64,000 nucleotides of DNA, taken from Candidatus Falkowbacteria bacterium (GTDB lineage: Bacteria; Patescibacteriota; Patescibacteriia; CAIXNZ01). Below, in pieces: positions 49,146 through 57,322 of this stretch (position 1 is its first letter; each line of letters opens with the position of its first letter). A program made the translations under genes and the position numbers. The DNA is taken from positions 296,716 through 360,715 of the forward strand of contig CAVZGV010000004.1 in assembly GCA_963774955.1 (NCBI GenBank), given 5' to 3'. The notes below the pieces were generated by a model. That model searched no databases. It was not told the DNA's origin and saw nothing but the letters and a program-made list of their open reading frames with translations.

Positions 49146-49544
49146 ATGCATGATTATCAAAGCTTATCTCATTCAAAATGGGACTGCAAATATCATTTGG
49201 TTTTTATTCCCCAGGGTCGGCGAAAAATACTTTTCGGCAAAATAAGAAAGTACTTGGGTAATATTTTCCACGAACTGGCAAAGTATAAAAGTTGCACAAT
49301 TTTAGAAGGACATTTTATGTTGGATCATGTTCATATGTGCATTCAGATACCGCCCAAATTTTCCGTGGCTTCAATCGTGGGCTATCTCAAGGGTAAAAGC
49401 GCCATCATGATCGCCAGGCAGTTTGGCGGCAAAGAAAGAAATTTTAACGGCGAACATTTTTGGGCGCGCGGTTATGCTGTTTCAACCGTGGGATTTGAAG
49501 TTAATCGGATTAGGCAATATATTAGGGAGCAGGATTTGCATTAA
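49146..49544 (+). CDS. tnpA: IS200/IS605-family TnpA (Y1 transposase)
   Basis: YHLVFIPQGRRKIL, HVHMCIQIPPK (HuH) and GYAVSTVG (catalytic Y); 132 aa. Confidence 0.8.
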   Translation: MHDYQSLSHSKWDCKYHLVFIPQGRRKILFGKIRKYLGNIFHELAKYKSCTILEGHFMLDHVHMCIQIPPKFSVASIVGYLKGKSAIMIARQFGGKERNFNGEHFWARGYAVSTVGFEVNRIRQYIREQDLH

Positions 49545-49628
49545 CTAATTATAAATGATACTCATCAGGCATATAAAAGAAAAAGCGTTTAGATATAAAG
49601 GTGAAAAATTACTTTTTAATATAGATAT

Positions 49629-49666
49629 AAAAAACACCTCTCGGAAACGGGGGGCGTTTTTTTTTA
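49629..49666 (+). terminator. rho-independent terminator (copy 2 of the duplicated rpoC-terminator sequence)
   Basis: aaaaaacacctctcggaaacggggggcgttttttttt; 34/35 identical to 28326-28361. Confidence 0.65.
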
Positions 49667-49898
49667 AGTCTAAAGTATAAAGTCTAAGATCTAAAGTAGG
49701 TATAGTTGAATTAGTTATTTCTAAAATTAGCCTTTAGCCTTGTTTGGTTTATTTTGGTCAAATCAGGCTGACAAATACAGGGATACATTCTTGGTATTTA
49801 TCTAATATTAGCTAAAATGTAATCTGGGGGTATTGACAAGTCTCTTTAGATATGATATAGTGGCAAATCACGCTGAAAAAAGCTATTAGGCGTCCTCC

Positions 49899-49928
49899 TT
49901 GACAAATTGTCAAAAGTGTGCTATACTA
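49899..49928 (+). promoter_or_regulatory. consensus sigma70 promoter (TTGACA-18-TATACT) with TTGACAATTGTCAA palindrome; a second one at 49833-49861 (TTGACA-17-TATAGT)
   Basis: Direct sequence reading; both point into the GC-rich island. Confidence 0.5.
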
Positions 49929-50247
49929 ATAAATCATGAAATTTGAAAAATAAACACTTTAGTGACCAGCAATATGGGGGTAGTAGTGCATTAGGTCAGT
50001 AGAGTTTTCCGGCTCAGCTAGAAAACTTCTACGCCTGGTGTTTAACTGATAAGGCTCTGTCCTATATCAGTCGTCTCGCTTCGCGGGACAACACCTCCAT
50101 ATTCTTGGTCATTAAAATAGTTCGAGCTTCTAACAAAGGGCACAGAGTTCCATTTAAATTTAAAATGTACTTTTTAAACAGCGGGACTTCTTAAGCCCTT
50201 TGTCAGGATCTTGAACGCTTTGTCTAACTGCAAGAAAGGAGAAAAGA

Positions 50248-50409
50248 ATGAAACCGGAAATAAACAAGACGAATAAGAAACCCATGGCCTGGATCATGCG
50301 CGTTCGTGACGAAGTCGTGGCGCAGGTGCCCCTGGGAGTGGCTCGCCACTACCAGAAGATCGGTACGGCGATGATCATCGCCTTTTGCGTCAACGGCAAG
50401 ATCCACTAA
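50248..50409 (+). CDS. small GC-rich ORF (53 aa)
   Basis: SD AAAGGAGAAAAG. MKPEINKTNKKPMAWIMRVRDEVVAQVPLGVARHYQKIGTAMIIAFCVNGKIH. Confidence 0.3.
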   Translation: MKPEINKTNKKPMAWIMRVRDEVVAQVPLGVARHYQKIGTAMIIAFCVNGKIH

Positions 50410-50588
50410 GCCGAGATCCACAGCACGAGGGACTGTCAAAAGTCCCTACTTCACCCCAAGACGGGATAGTCTCGCGTAGATTATTTTGTCTTGAGGCGAG
50501 GTCTTAAGTGATCTTTCAAAATTGTTGGTGGAGAAATCCACGCCTATCAGGGAGCAATTCCTGATATACAAAAAAGGAGGAGACGCCC

Positions 50589-51413
50589 ATGACCGAACCC
50601 AATACCGCGACCGATACGACCGCGACCGAACCCGTGATCGAACCCACCGCCGGCGAGCAGGTTTTCACCTGCGCCTGTTGCGGGCACGAAGCCACGGCCG
50701 AAGACGGCGTCGTGACCAGCATGGTCAACGGTCGGTCCAAGATTACCGACGCGACCATGTGGGCCGCGGCCGGCCAAGTCGGATCCGAAACCACGCTCGA
50801 GGTCTTCTGCAAGAAATGCGTGACCGAAGGCGAGGAAGACGGACAGGTGTTCTTCCCGTTGAAGAACGCCCTGGCCTACGCCGACCGCGTCAAACGGCAC
50901 TTTCCCAAGCGCGAGCGACTGCTCGAGTCGGCGAGAGAGCCGGAGATGCGGGAGTCCAGGCCCGAGATGGTCTGCAAAAACTGCGGCAAGCGCCACGGCC
51001 AGATCGACAACTACCGCGGCGACGTGACCATCATCCGCAAGGCTCTGCGAATCGACTTCCAAAAGAAGCCCTTCATCGCCGAGTTCCTCTGCGGAGAGTG
51101 TCTGGCCAAGCTCGGTCTGCTGCCCAAGAAGAACGCCGATGGCAGCTTCACGCAGCCGCAGGGCCTCTTCCCCCCGTGGAAGACGCTGACGATGGCCAAG
51201 GCCGCCGAAGCTGAGCGTCTCGAGCGTATCGCTCGAAACGATGAGGCCAGGCAGCGGAAAGCCGCACAGCGCCAGCGGGAAGACGAGATCCGTCAGCAGG
51301 CGCTGGCTCCCAAGCCCAGCCCCCAGACCAGGGTCTTCTATCGACCCGCGGGCAAGCCCGGCACCGGCAGCATGAGCCATCACGCCAACCGTAAGGCCGG
51401 CAACGGCAATTAA
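50589..51413 (+). CDS. GC-rich (about 63%) Cys-rich hypothetical protein with two CxxC...CxxC zinc-ribbon-like modules and a charged coiled-coil tail
   Basis: SD AAAGGAGGAG 8 nt upstream. Modules FTCACCGHE...FCKKCV and VCKNCGKRHG...LCGECL. Confidence 0.5.
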   Translation: MTEPNTATDTTATEPVIEPTAGEQVFTCACCGHEATAEDGVVTSMVNGRSKITDATMWAAAGQVGSETTLEVFCKKCVTEGEEDGQVFFPLKNALAYADRVKRHFPKRERLLESAREPEMRESRPEMVCKNCGKRHGQIDNYRGDVTIIRKALRIDFQKKPFIAEFLCGECLAKLGLLPKKNADGSFTQPQGLFPPWKTLTMAKAAEAERLERIARNDEARQRKAAQRQREDEIRQQALAPKPSPQTRVFYRPAGKPGTGSMSHHANRKAGNGN

Positions 51414-51414
51414 C

Positions 51415-51672
51415 AAATCTTAGCTTTCGCTAAGTTGGGACAAATGGTTGTTTTGACAACCCCCCGGTCCTGTTAAACGATGGGTTTGGAAAACGTTCCT
51501 AATATCCACAGGATAACTGAGGATAGCGAGGAACAATTGGAGAGGATCCAATCTGCCAAAGCAATGATGGTCAAAGACCATATCATTCCTTAAGCAGACA
51601 TCCCCTCGGGTAGAGACCAAACGTCCTGCCCAACCCTTTGAGCCCATAAAGCAATTTGTGGTTTCAAACAGG
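51415..51672 (+). repeat. roughly 250 bp structured repeat element, copy 1 (starts right after the stop codon)
   Basis: Aligns with 51850-52094 (aaatcttag..ctaag hairpin, ggYtgttttgacaRcc hairpin, caattggagaggatccaatc, ccRtaaagYaatttgYggttt). Confidence 0.55.
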
Positions 51673-51707
51673 TTAATAAAAAACAATAATCCCCAGCCAA
51701 GGAGAAA

Positions 51708-51848
51708 ATGATGCCCAAGTTTCTGCAGGTCATGTTGGCGAATATTCCTTTCCTCGAAGGCAATCAGCCCGACGGTCGCATCCGGCACTATATCTTCCCG
51801 GACGGCCATGTCCTCGAGATCAACCTGGACGCGCTCCCGGCTCTCTGA
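51708..51848 (+). CDS. small GC-rich ORF (46 aa)
   Basis: SD CAAGGAGAAAATG. MMPKFLQVMLANIPFLEGNQPDGRIRHYIFPDGHVLEINLDALPAL. Confidence 0.3.
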   Translation: MMPKFLQVMLANIPFLEGNQPDGRIRHYIFPDGHVLEINLDALPAL

Positions 51849-51849
51849 A

Positions 51850-52094
51850 AAAATCTTAGGCACACTGCTAAGTTTGGGCAAATGGCTGTTTTGACAGCCA
51901 ACCCGGCCCAGTAAAACGAGGGGTATCAACGCGCTCCATTATTTCCGCCTAAGAATTAGGAAATGATCAGGAGCAAATTGGAGAGGATCCAATCCTGTTG
52001 CGGCAAAGCGCTAAAACAGGAAAATATCCTGGGGCGAAACCTTGTTTCGCCCGACTTTCTGAGACCGTAAAGTAATTTGCGGTTTGAGAAAGGG
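51850..52094 (+). repeat. roughly 250 bp structured repeat element, copy 2
   Basis: See copy 1. Compensatory changes in two hairpins (ggttgt/acaacc versus ggctgt/acagcc). Confidence 0.55.
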
Positions 52095-53364
52095 AAAGGT
52101 CAAAAGTTGCATACAACTTTGACACCTTATCTTAGAACGGAAAGCTTGCTAAAGTAATTAAATGCTGATTCAGCAGCCAAACAAGTTTGCGTTCTTAGAT
52201 AAGGAAGTATTTTGAAAATATTTTAAAAGGAGGAAACGTGAACCGGAAGGCTTTTTTCCGCGCCAAAAGCAGGGGACCGCCCTGAAATTAGTCCGAGGAG
52301 ACAGTATAAAACTCCCGGTCATCGCCGAAAAGGAGCCAAAATGCGCTGGAAACTCAAGTTGACCGCGGGGACCTGAGACCCCGAGTACACTCAGGTACTG
52401 TTTAAGAGCAATCTTAGGCAGTAAGGTAATGTAGTCGCGTCAGCACAGATTGGCGGGAATCGCCCACCCTGGGCAAATCCGGATTTGGACGCGGCGTTTT
52501 ACCTCGCCGGATCACCTCAAGCTCCACAGGAGGGAAAACATGACCTTCCACAGCGGTTTCACCTAGGTACACATTAACAGACAGAACCTGACTGAACACC
52601 GACATGATCTTTTTTTCGTCCGTAATACTGTTGTCTGCCGGCAAAGGTTGTCGGAGCATTAGGCGGCAGTCCCTGCCAGGTTTGACCCCCGGTCTCGGGC
52701 CTCTTCGCCCAGCAGTCAAACCGGCTCATCGTCATCATCCCCAGGAGGGTGCCCATGAGACGACTTCACGGACGGGGTTCCTGGATCCCCTGAATTCAAA
52801 TACCAGGATCAGTCTCTGCGCTCCCAAAAAGGAGCAAGAACCAGACCTCCTAAGGGTCACTGTTCCGTTCGACTTTTCATACCCGACAAAAATTTGCAGC
52901 ACTTACTCTTAAAAAGGGTTACGGCCGCGACATAAATCCATGTGGTATACCACTAGTGATCTTGTACGCGATTGCCAATGCCCAAAAAGTAATAATCAGA
53001 GAAGTATGCAAAAGCTTTTGCGGGTTCCGTTGCTTGAACACGCCGGCCTTGGCACCGATATTTCGGTAGCTACTACCGGCACGGACTCGCGCGAGTATGG
53101 TGGCTATCCGGCCCCCTCCACGCTGCGATTGCCCATCGTAGCGTTCCTCTCATCGCCGGAAGAATGGCCACGGCGGGGACCGGGGCGAGGATCCCTCGCT
53201 CCGGCCCCGCACCCCAATCGCAGGCGAAAAAAATCGGACCAAAATCGGACAAGATCGGACAATGACAAGGAGAAGGACAAATGAAACGAAGTTACCGTCG
53301 CCCCAGTTATTGCTGACCCCGACACCGGCTTCGGCCCCGGGTTGCCTCTGTACCCTAAACAGAG

Positions 53365-53397
53365 GGCGCCAAGCTCACAGCTTGGCGTATTTTTTTT
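53365..53397 (+). terminator. rho-independent terminator closing the GC-rich island
   Basis: gcgccaagct caca agcttggcg followed by tattttttttt. Confidence 0.65.
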
Positions 53398-53630
53398 GGT
53401 GAAAAAGTGTTAGGGTAAGGATGCTAGTTAAGTGAATAGTGAAAAGTGTGGATGGTTAATTCTATACACTTTAAACACTCAATACCTTACTATCTACTAG
53501 ATTCATTGACGATTCACCAGGAATAAAAAAACAGCCTAATAATCAGACCGAGTGAAACGAGGGAAATAGATTCTTCGCTTCGCTCTGAATGACTACTAGG
53601 CTGTTTTATATGTGGGTAGTAGTTTATCAA

Positions 53631-53942
53631 TTAAGCTTCAGGAGTAACAGCTGCTGGTTCAGATTTACCTTTGAGAGCATCTTTTAACGCCTTGCCTGAT
53701 TTGAATTTAGGGATAATTACTTCAGGAATATCAATCTTTTCACTGGGTTTTTGAGGATTAACACCTTTGCGTGCATGTCTGGTTTTGGCTGAAAAGGTAC
53801 CAAATCCCGTCAAGACGACTTCTTCGCCTTTTTGTAATGATTCAGTAATGGAATTCAGCATGGTTTCCAAAACTTCTTCAATTTGTTTTTTTGTTAATTT
53901 TGTTTTTGAGGCCACGACCTCAATTAAAGCGGCTTTGTTCAT
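53631..53942 (-). CDS. hup: DNA-binding protein HU
   Basis: MNKAALIEVVASKTKLTKKQ...GFGTFSAKTRHARKGVNPQ; 103 aa. Confidence 0.9.
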   Translation of the reverse strand: MNKAALIEVVASKTKLTKKQIEEVLETMLNSITESLQKGEEVVLTGFGTFSAKTRHARKGVNPQKPSEKIDIPEVIIPKFKSGKALKDALKGKSEPAAVTPEA

Positions 53943-54062
53943 ATAATAGATTTTAGAGCTTAGATTTTTCCGCCAGAGGCGGATCCGCCTTTGGCGGAAG
54001 AGTATAGTTAATTATTAAAATTTAGCCAATGTTACCTTAAATACATTATATACCATGTCAAA

Positions 54063-54866
54063 TTAGATAGCAACATCTATCCACACCCTCTCAATTTTAA
54101 CAGCTTTTTGGGTTTTGGGGTTAATTTCCAAATAAACTCCGTTGATTTGACAGATTCCGCTTTCCGGAATCTCTCCCGGGTCATTAACTTGGCTTAAAAA
54201 GTTCTTTATAATGATTCTTTTATCCAGACCAATGACAGAATCTTTGGCGCCGGTCATACCAACGTCGGAAATGTAGGCAGTGCCTTGTTCTAGAATTTGT
54301 TCATCGGCTGTTTGGACGTGCGTATGGCTGCCGATAAAGGCGGAAATGCGACCGTCGAGATAAAAACCCAACGCCCTTTTTTCACTGGTAGCTTCGGCAT
54401 GGAAATCAACAATAATGGCAGCTAAATTTTCATGTTTATGTTTTTGTAAAATTTCATCAACAGCGCGGAAAGGATCATCAAAATCTTCTCGGAAAAAGAC
54501 GCGGCCGACTAAATTTATAATTAAAACAGATTTTAAACCTACTGAAATTACTTTATCACCGCTGCCTGGTGTTCCTTTGGGATAATTAGCCGGTCTAACT
54601 AAGGGAAAGTCTGCTTTATTCAAGAGGATATAGGCATCTTTTTTGTCCCAGACATGATTGCCGGAAGTAAAAAAATCAATGCCCGCGGACATCATTTCCT
54701 TGGTGGTTGTTTCGGTTAAACCTTTGCCGTGAGACAGATTTTCACCATTGGCAATGACTAAATCAGGCTCATATTTTTTTTTGAGCTTGGGCAGACCGGC
54801 AATCACTGCCTGACGCCCGATTTTGCCGAAGATATCGCCGAGGAATAATATTTTTAGGTTAGACAT
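54063..54866 (-). CDS. ymdB: YmdB-like metallophosphoesterase (2',3'-cNMP phosphodiesterase family, TIGR00282)
   Basis: MSNLKILFLGDIFGKIGR...ANGENLSHGKG; conserved synteny with rny. Confidence 0.8.
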   Translation of the reverse strand: MSNLKILFLGDIFGKIGRQAVIAGLPKLKKKYEPDLVIANGENLSHGKGLTETTTKEMMSAGIDFFTSGNHVWDKKDAYILLNKADFPLVRPANYPKGTPGSGDKVISVGLKSVLIINLVGRVFFREDFDDPFRAVDEILQKHKHENLAAIIVDFHAEATSEKRALGFYLDGRISAFIGSHTHVQTADEQILEQGTAYISDVGMTGAKDSVIGLDKRIIIKNFLSQVNDPGEIPESGICQINGVYLEINPKTQKAVKIERVWIDVAI

Positions 54867-54880
54867 TGTCGGATAGATTA

Positions 54881-55255
54881 TTAATTGTCAGGGAAACGCT
54901 TCTTTATAGTGTCCATCATTTGGGTTATTATCTGCTCATTGGAGCTAGTAATTTTTGGTTCATTTTCGACCCTATCAAAATCAGGCAATACGCCATCAGT
55001 GTCTTCAATAATTTGACCGTCTTTCCTAACGATTAGAGTTTTTCTTGCATACTTGCGATCGCGCAAAAACAAGCCAAGAGAAACGGAACTTTTTTCCGGC
55101 TCAAAAATTATTAGATCCAGCTCATTACCATCAATTGTAATCGGCATGGCGTTTTCCGCTCCAGATAAACCTTCTGGAAATCTTGTTGCCAGCCAATGGT
55201 AATAACCCTCAAATTTGTTAGGTTGTTGATTAAGCTCAAGGCTTTTTTCTGGCAT
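54881..55255 (-). CDS. hypothetical protein (124 aa) inserted between rny and ymdB
   Basis: ORF with a 14 nt gap to ymdB; no domain recognised. Confidence 0.4.
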   Translation of the reverse strand: MPEKSLELNQQPNKFEGYYHWLATRFPEGLSGAENAMPITIDGNELDLIIFEPEKSSVSLGLFLRDRKYARKTLIVRKDGQIIEDTDGVLPDFDRVENEPKITSSNEQIITQMMDTIKKRFPDN

Positions 55256-55362
55256 ATTTTTTGTATTACGTTATTCGGTAACGTTTTGCGTTTCGTTATA
55301 CGTCACGTTATACGTCAAATGATAAACGTAGCGATTGTCGATACCGTAATACGAGACACGAA

Positions 55363-56886
55363 TTAGCGAGCGTACTCAGTCACTCTCATTTCACGAATGA
55401 CATTAACTTTTATTTCACCGGGATATTTCAAATCTTCCTCGATTTTACGAGCAATGCTTTGGGCCAGTTTGGCAGCTTCCAGATCATTAATCTGATCAGG
55501 CATAACAAAGACGCGGATTTCGCGGCCGGCCTGAATTGCATATGATTTGGAAACTCCAGGGAAGGTGTTAGCCACATTTTCCAGTTCTTCCAATCTTTGT
55601 AAATATCTTTCATAGGTATCTTTGCGGGCTCCTGGTCTGGCGCCGGAAATGGCATCAGCCACTTTAACAATAATGCCTTCCAGGGTTTTGGGATTATCTT
55701 CATGATGGGCAATACAAATGTAGGCAATTTCTTCGGGCACATTAAATTTCCTCATAATGTCATGGCCGATTTCCGGATGACCGCCTTTGACTTCATGGTC
55801 AACGGCTTTACCAATATCATGAAAAAGTCCGCCTTTTTTACAGATAGTTACATCAGCATGGAGTTCCTCAGCCAATAAGCCTGATAAATGAGCGACTTCT
55901 AAGGAATGTAATAAGACATTGTGGCCGTAGCTGGTTCTAAATTTTAAACGTCCCAGAATTTGGACCAGTTTAGGATCAATGCCGGTAATACCCATTTCAA
56001 AAACAGAATCTTCGCCGGCTTTTTTAATTTCCACGGCTAATTCTTTTTTCGCATTTTCAATCGCTTCTTCTATTTTGGTCGGATGAATACGGCCGTCTAA
56101 AATTAAAGCCTGTAAAGCGCGTTTGGCAACTTGGCGGCGAATTGGTGAAAAGCCGGAAATAGTAATAGCCATAGGCGTATCGTCAACTACGATTTCTACG
56201 CCGGTTAATTGTTCAATGGCGCGGATATTTCTGCCTTCACGTCCGATAATTCTGCCTTTCATTTCATCGCTAGGCAGATCAACAGTAGAGGTGGTGATTT
56301 CCTGAGCATGGGAAATAGAACAGCGTTGAATAGCTAAAGCCAGAATATCTCGGGCTTTTTTGTCCAGTTCATCCTGTCCTTCGGCCTGGACTTTTTTAAA
56401 TCTGGCCAAAATATCTTCTTTAATCATTTTTTCAGTATTATCCAAGAGCACTTTAGCGGCTTCGTCCTTGGTCATTTTGGCGATTTTTTCAAGTTTTTCC
56501 AGCTGTTCTTCTCTGACTTTATTTATTTTTTCTTTGACTTCTTCAACCTCCTTGGCGCGATCAAGCAGTCGTTGCTGCTTATTTTCCAAATCTAAAAGCT
56601 TTTGGTCAAAAACGCTTTCGCGTTTTTCCAGTCTTTGTTGAAGATAACTTAATTCCTTGCGCCTTTGCTGTTCTTCACGTTTTGCATCGTCAATAATCGC
56701 CAAGGCTCTATCCTTGGCCTGTAAAAGCAATTCTTTTTGTTTGTTTTTAGCTTCGGTAATCAGGTTTTCAGCTTTGGCTTCTGCGCCTTCTATTTCTCTT
56801 TTACCGATAAATTTCCTGATAAAATATCCGGCAGCAAAACCAAGAACAATGATCACTGCCGAGACAATAAAAATAAGGGGATCCAT
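55363..56886 (-). CDS. rny: ribonuclease Y
   Basis: N-terminal TM, coiled coil, KH domain (GRIIGREGRNIRAIEQLTG), HD domain (HSLEVAHL...HDIGK). Confidence 0.9.
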   Translation of the reverse strand: MDPLIFIVSAVIIVLGFAAGYFIRKFIGKREIEGAEAKAENLITEAKNKQKELLLQAKDRALAIIDDAKREEQQRRKELSYLQQRLEKRESVFDQKLLDLENKQQRLLDRAKEVEEVKEKINKVREEQLEKLEKIAKMTKDEAAKVLLDNTEKMIKEDILARFKKVQAEGQDELDKKARDILALAIQRCSISHAQEITTSTVDLPSDEMKGRIIGREGRNIRAIEQLTGVEIVVDDTPMAITISGFSPIRRQVAKRALQALILDGRIHPTKIEEAIENAKKELAVEIKKAGEDSVFEMGITGIDPKLVQILGRLKFRTSYGHNVLLHSLEVAHLSGLLAEELHADVTICKKGGLFHDIGKAVDHEVKGGHPEIGHDIMRKFNVPEEIAYICIAHHEDNPKTLEGIIVKVADAISGARPGARKDTYERYLQRLEELENVANTFPGVSKSYAIQAGREIRVFVMPDQINDLEAAKLAQSIARKIEEDLKYPGEIKVNVIREMRVTEYAR

Positions 56887-57322
56887 AAGTTTTCCTATGT
56901 TAGAAATAGAGTCCGTATTGTCGTAAAGGAACTAAAAAATTAAACCCGTTGGGCTTTGAGAAAAAGAATGAAGTCTTTTTGTGTGGTATATGAGAACATG
57001 AGTAAAATTTGTCTAAGATTCGGATTTAATTAGATGTTATTGTTTTTTTACTAAATAACTGAAAACTCTATTTGCTTATTGATTTAGTATTTTTATCTTA
57101 GCATAATTATTTATTTTTAGCAAGTTAAAGCCTTAAAATTGACTTTTTTCATTTAATTACGTATATTTAATTAGTAAAAGGATGACAAGTCCTTATTTTT
57201 AGTAGTATTAGGTGTTGAGGTTAAGAAGTTAGTTAAGTGTTTAGTGTATGGTGTAAAGTTTTAAGATACACTAATCACCTTAAATAAAACCTACATCTTT
57301 ACCCATTCACTATCCACTAAAT

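Noticed and set aside
50522-51416. Long alternative-frame ORFs 50522..51214 (+) 230 aa and 50547..51416 (-) 289 aa in the GC-rich island
   Set aside because: In about 63% GC DNA all frames stay open. Only 50589..51413 (+) has an SD and a non-repetitive, Cys-patterned translation; the others are R/G/A-rich artefacts.
51420-51929. ORF 51420..51929 (-) 169 aa
   Set aside because: It runs antisense through both copies of the 250 bp repeat element, and its N- and C-termini (GCQNSHLPKLSS / GCQNNHLSQLSES) are just translated repeats.
51415-52094. Interpretation of the 250 bp repeats as integron attC sites, hammerhead ribozymes or a CRISPR array
   Set aside because: They are too long for attC and lack the R'' / R' cores. 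There is no CUGANGA...GAAA hammerhead core in a consistent position. They are not short spacer-interleaved repeats. They are kept as an unexplained structured repeat instead.
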